DNA from: Amphiscolops sp. MND2022
Taxonomy: Eukaryota
Assembly (NCBI GenBank): GCA_964187785.1
Contig: OZ076409.1
Span: 69,132,001 to 69,196,000, forward strand
Length of the DNA: 64,000 nucleotides
Direction: 5' to 3'
Shown here: positions 1-10,979 of the stretch, piece by piece
How the letters are laid out: every line of letters starts with the position of its first letter
Position numbering within the stretch: the stretch's first letter is position 1
Notes under the pieces: generated by a model
Database searches by the model: none
Told to the model about the DNA's origin: nothing
What the model saw: only the letters and a program-made list of their open reading frames with translations
Made by a program: the position numbers and the translations under genes

Positions 1-551
1 AAACCCAAAGGGTGCGAAAGCGATTTTTGCTTTTTTGTTTCTTCGGCACTGGGCGACAGTCTTATGAGAAACTTTTTTTTCACAAAAATGTTCTCACGCT
101 GGTTTTTTCATGGGTTTGGGAGAAAAACCTTCAGGGCCCAAAGGGGTCTCCCTTTCAATTTTTTTTCAGCTGTATGAGGTGGGAATTCTTTGAAAAGTAT
201 TCTTTGACGCTTTGTAGTACTTTGCTTTTTTTAGCCTTAAGCGGGGTGACGACTTTTGCCCGATTCGTTATGAGAATTCTGGAAATACTCACGGTGACGA
301 AAGTTGCCCCTCTGGCTGAAAAATCTTTTTCTGACCAAAATGTCAACGCAGCAAAATTGGCACCCTTTGAGAAAATTTGAAAATTTTCGGGAAATAGTCG
401 CAAAGTGCCGAAAAACTTCAAAAGTTGGGCTCTTTGCAACTTTTTATTCTTGTAATATGGCACACTTCAGACTTGCCTCATTTCTTGTGCAATAAATGAC
501 AAAAATGAACAAATTGAACAAAAATATGGACCATTCAGTATTAGCACAGAC

Positions 552-896
552 AACAAGACGGGAACATCTAAAGTCGGCGGTATATCCAAGACTCAAAAAG
601 TACAGTTTTTAACAGTCTCATAGTGCCGAAAAATGTAAAAGGGATCCATCTACTTTGTAATGGTTTTGTATTTCATATTAGAGTCTCTGGATGCGTTCAA
701 AATGAAGTACTAAGTACTAGTGGTAAAAGTGCATAATGAACAAAAAGTGGTACATTTAGGGTGAACTCTTTGGCCTGACGAAAAAAACTAGCCACTGTAA
801 TAGTCGGCAACTTTTCACTAGAAAAGCGCCGACTATAAAAACTTGCCTCTGAAAGAGTCGGGCATTTTTGTCACGAAAAAGAGCCGACTAATAAAA
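552..896 (-). mobile_element. Helentron/DINE-like non-autonomous element (HINE) copy with a duplicated terminal hairpin
   Basis: AACAAGACGGGAAC..AAGTCGGCG at one end and GCGCCGACTA with a hairpin at the other. Same family as 61093-61636. Confidence 0.65.
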
Positions 897-920
897 CAGC
901 TATTTTGGTAATCTAAATTC

Positions 921-1142
921 TGTCATATTGGGTTCAAACCGGTTCAGACTACCATTTAACCTCTACCGAGATTCGGTCTACAAACTATCTAGTCTAGATA
1001 CTAGAGTTGTTTACTAACAAACTCAATCTACATTAAATTGCATTTGATACATATGTACAATTGGATTTGATAGAGAACAGTCGAAACTAGAGATATATCT
1101 TTTATTCTTTTCCATCTTAACCTAGATCTAGAGAATACAACA
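921..1142 (+). repeat. 5' LTR of element 1
   Basis: Direct repeat of 6575-6796, TG...CA ends, followed by the PBS. Confidence 0.97.
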
Positions 1143-1152
1143 TGGCGCAGTC
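1143..1152 (+). promoter_or_regulatory. Primer-binding site, tRNA-Ser type
   Basis: TGGCGCAGTC directly after the LTR. Complementary to the 3' end (...GACUGCGCCA) of invertebrate tRNA-Ser. Confidence 0.75.
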
Positions 1153-1197
1153 AGCCAATTTTTAAACCGAAACAAATTTCTTAACATAGAAAACGAA

Positions 1198-4100
1198 ATG
1201 GCAGAGGAAAATACAGTCCCAAATCTCGAAGCAAAAACCACAGACGGGAATCCGGTATTTACAGCGAGACAGTGGCTAGAAAGATTCCGGCAGTTTTGCA
1301 AACGGGAACACAAGATGGATATCACACCACTAGTGAAAGGAGAAAACATGACTGATTCCGGATGGTCCGCAAAAGAACAAGCAATTCAAGAAGATTTCTT
1401 GTGGGGGAGTGGGACCGGAAGCATTATATCAGATAACCAGGGCCGAATATAAAACGGAACCCGACAGCATAAAAGTGAAAGATTTAATCCGATTATTCAC
1501 CGAATTCTACATGCCAAAAAGAAATACATACCATAATCGCGGAGATTTCTTCTGGGCGAAACAAACAAGAGGAAACACCGGAAGACTTCTGGAGACGACT
1601 AATCGAAATCGAAAAAGAATGTAACATTAACACTATTTCAGCAGAAGAATTGTTGATATCAAAATATATGACAGTAATCACCGACAAAAAATTATGGGAC
1701 AAAATAATGAAAGAAAAAACATTAGAACTGAAGAAGATAATTGAACTGATCAAGCAAAACACATATGAGAAGAAAAACAAAAAGAACACAATACCGGAAG
1801 CTTTGATATCAACAAAAGAGAAGCAAATAATAAAGGAAGAACCAATCCAGAGAATGGAAAAAGTCGGCACAAGACCGAAAAACAGAAATTTCGGAAACCG
1901 AACATGCAGATTCTGTAATGCGCCTATTTGGACTCCTTTACATAAATGTCCCGCACTACACGCCAACTGTAACAAATGCGGTAAGAAAGGACATTACGCA
2001 AAAGTATGCAGACAGAAAATGAACAACAACCGAACGGTGAAAAGACTAACCGAAAATGAACCAAACGAATCGGACGAACCGTCAAGCGAATCCGAAGACA
2101 GCATACACCACATAAAAGAAATAAAGAAAATAGACGAAACAAACAAACACTTCACCACAACACTAAAGATCAATGGAATACCGAAAGAATTTATAATTGA
2201 TACCGGATCACCAATATCATTAATGCCACATGACGAAAGAATAACGAAATCAACCGAAATACAGAAAATAACAAATCGGTATCAAGATGTAAACAAAAAC
2301 GAAGTAAAATTCCGGGGGAAAATTCCGGTAAACGTCGAACACGAAACCAACAAACAGAAAATGGAAATCTTGATAACCGAGAGAACAGATATAACACCAT
2401 TACTGGGGATGGATTGGATGAAGAAATTCAAACTAACAATTAGCAAAATTCAATTGGCCGAAAACAACCAATCAGAACGCGAGAAAGTATTCAATAAATT
2501 TCCGGACCTGTTTGAGAACAACGAAACGATAAAAGACACCGAGATAAACATCCAATTAAAACCAGGGCACTATCCGGTTACACAAAAAGCAAGACCGATA
2601 CAACTACACCTTCAAGATGTCGGACGGGAATTAGAAAAACTAATAAAATCCGGACACCTAGAAAAAATAAACGATGTAGATGAAGACTGTTTTGTATCAC
2701 CGGTGGTAATAACAGTAAAAAGCGACAAGTCGGTGACAATAGCGCTAGACTCAAGGAAATTGAACGACAGTTGCATTAAAATGAGACCCCATATGCCAAA
2801 TATGGAAGAATTACTGAACCAAATATCGGTGGAAATAACACGCGACAGAACAGTAAAACTTTTCATATCCAAAATAGACTTGGATTACGCATACGGACAA
2901 ATGAGACTATCAGAAGAAACAAGACGACGCTGCGTATTTGCACTAACCGGAGGAAAATTCAGCGGATATTACCGGTTCAAAAAAGGGTTTTACGGACTTG
3001 CCGACAAACCCACAATATTCCAAGAAAAAATTGACCGAACACTTGAATACTGCACACCGGCATGGTTGGACGATATAATTGTGGTAACACGGGGAAGCAG
3101 ACAAGACCACGAGAAGAAACTATTCGACGTCCTAAATAAATTGGAAAAAGCCGGTTACCGAGCAAGTAAAAAGAAATCAGAATTCTTTATGAACCGGATA
3201 AAATGGTTGGGACACGAAATCTATGAGAACGGAATCAAACCGAACGAAGAAAAAGTAGAAGCAATACTGAAATTGAAATCACCGGAAAACACAAAAGAAC
3301 TAAAGTCATTTCTCGGAGCAATACAATATATGGCTAAATTTCTACCGAAACTTTCGGAACAAACCGACCGGTTGCGGAAACTATTGAAAAAGAACGACCC
3401 ATGGAAATGGGCAGAAGAACAACAGAAAGACTTCGGAAAAATAAAACAAATGTTAACCGAAGGCCCATGCTTAGCACACTACGCAAAAGATAAAGAGAAC
3501 ATAGTAACAACGGACGCCAGCACTACCGGACTGGGAATAACACTATGGCAAAAGCAAGACGACGGAAACACAAAACCGATAGCATTCGGAAGCAGATACT
3601 TAAACGATACCGAAAAGAAATATTCCATCGGTGAACTAGAACTACTAGCAGTAGTGTGGGGACTTGAGAAATTCCGATTTTTTTTATACGGAAAAAAGGT
3701 ACACCTTTATACCGACCACCAAGCACTAGAACCATTAATTAAAAGAAACCGGAGCAATAAACAATATAGTGCGCGATTAACAAGATGGTTAGACCGCTTA
3801 ACTTATTTTGATATATCGATACAACACATTGCAGGAAATAACTTGAAATTCACCGATTACCTTAGTAGAAATCCGGTAGGGGGAGCTACACCGGAGGAAA
3901 GTTACGACGAGGAATACGTCATCAACATACTATCCGAACAAGCAAAACTGAACATAAAATACGGACCAATATTCGCCGACCAATCAAAAAGCGAGAAAGC
4001 AATAACCGAGACAAAGGAGAACACATCCGAAGAACAAAATGAGAATCGCGCGAACCAATCACAGAAGAATAGAACATTCGAGAACGAAAACAACGTGAAC

Positions 4101-6408
4101 AAACACCGACGAAATAAGAAAACCACATCCGGGCAGTCCGAAATTAGCACGCTAGAGAGAAGTCATTCAACGAAAGAAGCTAAAAGTTTAAATCAAACTC
4201 AAAAGAGCAGAAAATTAAATACGGAAATTACCGAAACGGATCGTGAAAACTTTTATCACTGGGGCGCCACACGGGAAATTATGGAGATTATCCGCAGACG
4301 AAACAACAGCCCAGAGACACGCCGACTAGTCGAACAAAGAAATCAACTATCCCGGCCAGGAACATTACGACGCCGGTACGACCAATACACACAACGGACA
4401 GTATTCGCCCCATCAAGTTCTAACAAAAGGAGTAGAGAGGAGATTGCTGAAATCGATGCGGAGATAATGAGAAGAGCGAACCGACTGGGAGGCGGGTACC
4501 AACCCATGACCGAAGAACAAGATGAACCGGAAGAACTACGGGAAGAAGGTGAACTGGAAATTGAAAACGCCGAGTCCGAAGAAGACAGTATCATAATGCG
4601 GGGCGACAATATACCTATAGTAGACCTCAGCAAATACAACACGGATGGAAAGGAAGCGAAATACATCCAAATTAACCACATTGTGGGGAAACTGACCGGC
4701 AACAAGAAAATCACGGAAGAACACATAAAGAAGGCGGAATTCGAGTTCATGATGGACTTGAAGACACTTATCGCCAAAACAGCCATCGACCCGGAACTAG
4801 CCCGCGTCAGAAACAGCATCAGGAGGGAAGACCGGGAAACAATTCCGGATGGCTACCGGACAGTATTCGAAAAACTGTCAATAAGATGGGGCCTGGTTTT
4901 CGTAGACGACCAAATCGTCGTGCCAATCGACCTTAGACGAAAACTCCTAGATATCATCCACTTCGGTCACTCCGGAATAACAAAAATGAACACAGAAGCC
5001 AAAATATTCTGGTGGCCCGGAATGAAGCAGGACATCGAGAATAAAGTGAAAGACTGCACTGCTTGCCTCGCATCAGGTAAAAACCTTAATTATCAATTAC
5101 CGAAAAAACATTACGGAAAATTAGATAAATTAACCGAACCCGGCCAGGAAATAAATCGATTTTACCGAAAAATTACACAATAAAAAGATAAACGGAGATG
5201 TACAAATACTAATAGCGATAGACAGATTTAGTAAATGGCCAACCGTAAAAATCTGCAAGTCAGCGGAAACAAAAGAAGTCATAAATTTTTTATCGAGTAA
5301 CTTTAATTTATACGGAATACCCGAATAAATTAAATCCGATAAAGGAGGAGCATTTGTTTCCAGAGAATACCGAGAATTTTGCAAAAACCGAAATATTGAA
5401 ATTGAATACTGTACCCCCAGAATACATAGAACAGTAGAAAGAGCCATACAAACACTGAAGAATCTAATTATAGCAAATATGGAAGACAACACAAGCCTAA
5501 CCGAAAGTGTAAATCGAGCATTACATATAATGCGATTTACAATACATACCGGACTAAAATTAACACCATTCGAATTACATCACGGTAGAAAACCGAGAAC
5601 CGAATTAACAAATATTGTTAAAGACGGAAAATCATATCTGTCTGATTGGTCAGAACTATCTGTTTCAGCATCAAACAAACCAAAAATCCCAATCTATGTG
5701 GGCCGTGATGCGGATGGAGACATCATAAATCACCTTGTGATGGCGAGAACGAAAACAGAGGAAAAACACCTCGCCGTCGGACCAAAGTCACCGAAAAAGA
5801 AAAACTCGGTTAGATACCCCTTTCATTTTGTTGAAAAAAACTACAACAAAAAATCATTAGAAGGAAAATTCCAAAATAAAATCCAAACCGCCATAAGCGG
5901 AACCGAGAGTACCATAAAAACCGATACCGGAAAAACAATAAACCGAAAATTTATTTCGGACCCATTATTTCAGACCGAGAGAAAAATCAGAAAAGAGCCG
6001 GCCTTGCACACAACCGGCGAAATAAACCCAAAAAACCGACACTGCATACGCCGACTGGACGGGAAGTACAGCCGGTGGGATGAAATTCTCAAGGACATCC
6101 TGAACGGCAAACTGAAAATCGTCCCGAACAAAAAGCGGGCAGATAGCGATACCGAAGAAGACGATGACGACGAAGACGAAGAAATGCCGGAAGAAGCCGG
6201 AACACCAATAGTGTACGACACATCCGAGAAAGACGGGAGATACGTGCCAATACGGACGAATCCGGAAGAAGAAGACACGTTACAACTACATACCGACAGC
6301 GAAATAACGGGTGAGAAACCAAAAACACAAATAAGACGAACTAACCGAGAAAGCAAAATACCGAATAAATACGGTAGTATAACATATACCGGAAACTTTT
6401 GGGGATAG
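1198..6408 (+). pseudogene. gag-pol polyprotein of element 1 (frameshifted)
   Basis: Gag zinc knuckles CRFC...HKC and CNKCGKKGHYAKVC, protease IIDTGS, RT WLDD, RNase H TTDAS...ELELLAV...TDH, integrase H..H..CTAC zinc finger and DDE core. Frameshifts at about 1405, 1565 and 5150; TAA at 5326. Confidence 0.93.
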
Positions 6409-6545
6409 AAAATAAATGTTTAATTTATATTACAGGTACCGTGTGGACCAGACACAAGGGAATACCAAAACCCGAGACAGCACAAAAGCCAGCGGACTTT
6501 CTCCCAGAAGAATCCACAACCCCAGGACCCTCAAACCGAAATTGA
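4236..6545 (+). CDS. Predicted spliced accessory ORF nested in pol of element 1: join(4236-5076,5669-5808,5974-6310,6436-6545), about 475 aa
   Basis: GT-AG introns 5077-5668, 5809-5973 and 6311-6435 are conserved in position and phase in all three elements, and the spliced frame is open. The start codon is ACG here (ATG in elements 2 and 3); the next ATG is at 4281. Confidence 0.6.
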
Positions 6546-6574
6546 AGAAGATGCGAAAAGAATAGGGGGAGAAA

Positions 6575-6796
6575 TGTCATATTCGGTTCAAACCGGTTCA
6601 GACTACCATTTAACCTCTACCGAGATTCGGTCTACAAACTATCTAGTCTAGATACTAGAGTTGTTTACTAACAAACTCAATCTACATTAAATTACATTTG
6701 ATACATATGTACAATTGGATTTGATAGAGAACAGTCAAAACTAGAGATATAACTTTTATTCTTTTCCATCTTAACCTAGATCTAGAGAATACAACA
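6575..6796 (+). repeat. 3' LTR of element 1
   Basis: Direct repeat of 921-1142, preceded by the PPT and followed by the TSD. Confidence 0.97.
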
Positions 6797-7336
6797 AATT
6801 CAAGTATGAAAATTGGAAGATGAAAGTATTTTACTGAAACTATTGCCACATAAAGTAATGAACTTTAAATCTAGAGATCGACACATCTGCTCAAATTAGA
6901 ACTTCGTCTAACTAGTTTCGTCAGAACTGTAGTCAAGTTCAGAGGTGTCGCCTTTTGAAGATTGTTCCAATTGTCGTTGCAAAGTTTCCTGAAACAACCA
7001 ATTTTGGTGGGGTCGCTTCGAAATTTAATACTTAATTTAATTATACTTTTACTTCTCACACCTCTAATTCAAAAATATTCTATCTCATCATCAAACTTGA
7101 AGAAGAAGGAGAAAAAGATGAAGAGGAAAGAAAGAACATTTATTTCGCGCCGCCGAATAACCATTTCTGCCTTTCATCTCCTTGGAGCAAACTATGGTAC
7201 CATATTTTCAGCCAAATGTCCGTTTGAAGCTGTGCTTTCAAAGTGATTTGCTCAGAGTTGCGTGATGTGTTTGTTCTCTTGCCGTTGCGTTTTTATCGGC
7301 CAAATGAGTAAAGCTAGGCATAAAGGAGTTTCTCAA

Positions 7337-7407
7337 GTTGAGAGAGATTCGAACCTGGTACCGTCCGATTACAGGCCGAAGTGTCAAACCACTACCCCAT
7401 GCACCCC
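7337..7407 (-). repeat. tRNA-derived SINE-like head
   Basis: Minus strand has A-box-like GGTAGTGG and B-box GGTTCGAATC, but the acceptor stem is not intact. Confidence 0.4.
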
Positions 7408-8292
7408 TAAATTTAGCGATTTCTTAGCAATTGTTTTGCGAGTGCGAGTTCAACTTCACCTCATCACTAATAAAGTGAATTTCTACTCACATTTCTGGGA
7501 ACAAACTTTTAATTTTCCAGGCTTGTAACCATATGCCAGACTTTAAACTTTCTTCAAGATTACGTAATTTCATTGAGAACAAATTCCGCCACTATTACAT
7601 TGAATTGAACTGTGATTTGCTCGATTGGATCTGCTCAAGGAAAAAATTTTTTATCGAAGGTCGAAAATTTTCCGTTCCAGGAAGTTTGGTGACTGCCTCA
7701 AGTAACAGCAGATAATATTAATTTCCTGCGCTTTTCATCACTTCAAAGTAACTTTTCCAGAAATTTTTTTGAAAAGTGTCAAAACATCGATGAGTAGATG
7801 AACTCGTTCGAAGTTTCTTGAGAAAGATCTTTGATACAACCATCTTAAGGGGACATAAAATTTCAACAACATGATGTTTGAAAAAGCGCACAGCGGAAAT
7901 TGTACAGACGAAATGTCTCCATTTCTATATTGGGGAGAAATGCGAAAAATAATTGACATCAATGTTCTTCTATTTTCAAAATGTTCTGCTGATAAATGCA
8001 TCTATAGAGGACGCCATTTCAAAAATATTTTCAACTTTTAGATATTGAAATAACTGTTAAGCAATGGGAGAGCCGGACCCAATTCTAATCTAAGTATTAC
8101 ATGTTAGTTTTTGAATAAAAACCTGGAAAACTCAAAGTCTAAGGGAATAATACTTCGGCCTGTAGAAGCATGTGATGACGACGTTCGAAATGTTGTGAAA
8201 AAACTTCCACCAAATAAATTGTGCAAATGATGAAGTCTTTCTTTGATGGAAGTTTCAAAGATCTTGATTTAAACATGTTAAAGACAAAATAC

Positions 8293-10979
8293 CATGTCCA
8301 AATATCATCTTTATAGCTTTTTAAATCCTGATAGGAGATTCGGATCACCGAGCATTTCTCATTGGTTCGCCAGTTTTGAGGATATTGGTTTTCTAACGAG
8401 TTAGATACTGCGATCCAAATTTATGAAATTTCCTTAGAATTTTTATACAAGACGACCGCGGACCAGCGGGATATTTTCCGCCCCAAATCTCTTCGAAAAA
8501 GACTACTGGACAACAAATTTGTTCCTTGTTGACTCTTTTCAACATTCCAATCTACGAAGTCTGTCGAAAATTTGACAAAAAATGCATAAAAACTTTGAAA
8601 ATTGGAAAATTTTGGGTTTTTTGTCATTTTCGGTTTCAATTGATATATTTTTCATTTAGAAAACAGCCATTATCTCTTCGGAAAAGCATACTGGACAACG
8701 AATTCCTGCCATTCCTGTCACGCTGAGCGTTTTCAACATTCTAATCCACGAAGTCTATCGAAAATTTGACAAAAATTGCATAAAAACGTTAAAAATCGAA
8801 AAATTTTGGAATTTTTTTTTATCATTTTTGGGGTAATTTTTCTTTTTGAAAAAACGCATTTATCTCCTTAAAGAATACTATTGGACAACGAGTTCGTGCC
8901 TTGTTGAATGTTTTCAACATTCTAATCCACGATGTTTATCGAAAAAATGACAAAAATTGCATTAAAACGTTAAAAGTCGAAAAATTTTGGAATTTTTGTC
9001 ATTTTTTTGGTAATTTTTCTTTCAAAAAACCACATTTATCTCTTCAGAATACTATTGGACAACGAATTCGTGCCTTGTTGAACGTTTTGAATATTCTAAT
9101 CGACAATGTTTATCGAAAAATGGCAAAAAATGCATGAAAACGGTGAAAATTGGGAAAGTTTTGAATTTTTGTCATTTTCGGGGCCATTTTTGGGTCATTA
9201 TGGGGTCATTTCCGTCATTCCCAAAAAAGTCCAAAAATCTTTACAAATACATATCGCATGGAACTAAATTTATGTCAGTTGAATTCTGTGAATGTACTTC
9301 TTCATATTACGTAAACAATAATTCTTGGCAAATTTTGTAAAAAAAACCCGTTTGATTTAAATATTTTCCTTTCCCATATGAAATATGGGCGGAAAATAAC
9401 AAGGAATCAAATGATCAACGTAGTTCACTGCGATTCCATACGCAATCAAAGCGTTCATCTTTTCAATCAGTTCTCATACCTGTATCCATAAACAAGACGG
9501 GAACGTCTAAAGTCGGCGCTATATCTACGGCTTAAACAGCGCAAAGTTTTTAAAATTGTAAAAGGGGACCCTTTCGGTTTTTTGAAAATCCAGTTCGCTG
9601 CAAAATATCAAAAAACTTGAAGGGGGACCCTTTGTCGACAAAAAAATTTCGAAAAAAAATTGCACAGTGCCGAAAAATAACTCAAAAGGGGACCCTATAG
9701 TCCCGTCCGGTTTTGTATCTTACGTTAAAAATTGAGTACACGAAAGGGGGAGGACCCTTTGCACTACCTTAGATGCGTTTCCACTTGCCGGTCCAAAAGT
9801 TTAGTAGTTCTGTAAAAAGTGTCCACTACGCATACATTCTGTTATCTGACGAAAAAAAAAGAAAAAAACTTGCCACTGTAATAGTTGGTCTCATTTTGTT
9901 TGCGCCGAATAAAAATACAGTAATATATCGGATTAAACCGAATGGAATCGGACGTACGTTCAAGTTGAATTGAGTTGACTCCCTTTGCAAAGCAATAATC
10001 TATACATTCAAAATTAGAAAGCCTACTGCTTCTGTTTTGAATGGAAATTTCGATTAAAGTGTTGTAAAAACTGCTATTATCTATGGAATCTAAGTAATTC
10101 TGTGAGGCATACTTATGGTCATGATGAACATCGGAATGAGAACTCAGAAAATGATTTCTCCAAGTGTTCACGCATCTCAAGCAAACCAAAATTCTCTTAC
10201 CCTCAATTTCTCATCGAATTGTTCCATCTTGCTCCTTATTTGATTTTGTTGCAGAGTGTACCCATTTCTGGGGTGATCCATTGGCGCCGAGAGGGACCTG
10301 CTCAAGGTCATGGAGGTCTCCTGTCTCAATAATTCCCGCGCTTTTTTCTCGTCCTTGATCTTTAGGTCCCTGGATATCAAATGGATGCTGTGTGATATGG
10401 GTGTCTGCTTCAGGTAGTGAGGGTGATACGGATCGTAATCTAGGGACTTGTTTCCTGATATTTGAAAAACAAACGTCACAGACACAAGCGAAAATAATAT
10501 ATTCCTGGTTGAACTATTTACATTTCTTACTACTTTTAAAATTGTTAACCAAAAGTCGAGAAAAGCCGGGAATTGATTTCGTTTTAACAATGTTTTCTTT
10601 TTCGGAAAATAATCTCGATTTCTCTAATTTGTCAAAAATTTACTCATTGTAGGACCCGTAGGTAGACCACTTTTTGTACATATTTTTTTATAAAAGTTGG
10701 TCTCATCTCAAAAAAATCATTCAAGAGGTGAAAAAATTTAGCTACCGGCTTTTCTCAGCTCAACAGTCCTTTTGGGAAGGTGAAAAACTTACTGGGCCCA
10801 ATCCAGTAATGGTCAGAGAATTCTCGTTGAAGTTTGTCTCTCACTTTCGAAATATGCGGTGTAATTTTGGGTCTGGACAGCTCACTGAAAAAACTGTCTC
10901 TCTCTGCCGAAGTCGAACATCTGGACGATCTCCGGCTTCGTGGTTTCTTGCTGTTATCCACAGAACTCGTCTCTTCCAT
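8293..10979 (-). CDS. Unidentified multi-exon gene, 5' part: exons 10979-10793, 10454-10201, tentatively 10099-10027 and 8392-8293; 3' end unresolved
   Basis: ATG at 10979 preceded by an in-frame TAA. Donors GTAAGT (10792) and GTAAGA (10200) and acceptor TATCAG (10455) give phases 1 and 0 that join into one open frame. Two further phase-compatible exons. No recognisable domain. Confidence 0.55.
8500..9400 (+). repeat. Dispersed repeat containing about 4 tandem 173-190-bp units
   Basis: TGGACAAC recurs at about 8507, 8692, 8882 and 9055. An inverted homologous copy lies at about 53470-54250. Confidence 0.75.
9491..9915 (-). mobile_element. HINE family copy
   Basis: AACAAGACGGGAACGTCTAAAGTCGGCGC ... 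GGGACCC core ... GCGCCGAATAAAAA. Confidence 0.7.

Larger units (their letters stand above)
921..6796 (+). mobile_element. Ty3/Gypsy (Mag-like) LTR retrotransposon, element 1, full-length but decayed
   Basis: 222-bp LTRs TG...CA at 921-1142 and 6575-6796 (4 substitutions). TSD AATTC at 916-920 and 6797-6801. PBS TGGCGCAGTC at 1143. PPT AGGGGGAGAAA at 6564-6574. Domain order gag-PR-RT-RH-IN. Confidence 0.97.

Noticed and set aside
5479..6408. Possible env or separate ORF3 after pol
   Set aside because: It is in frame with the integrase core upstream (broken only by a point stop) and has no signal peptide or transmembrane segment.
7337..7407. Functional tRNA-Tyr(GTA) gene
   Set aside because: The acceptor stem does not pair; treated as SINE-like only.
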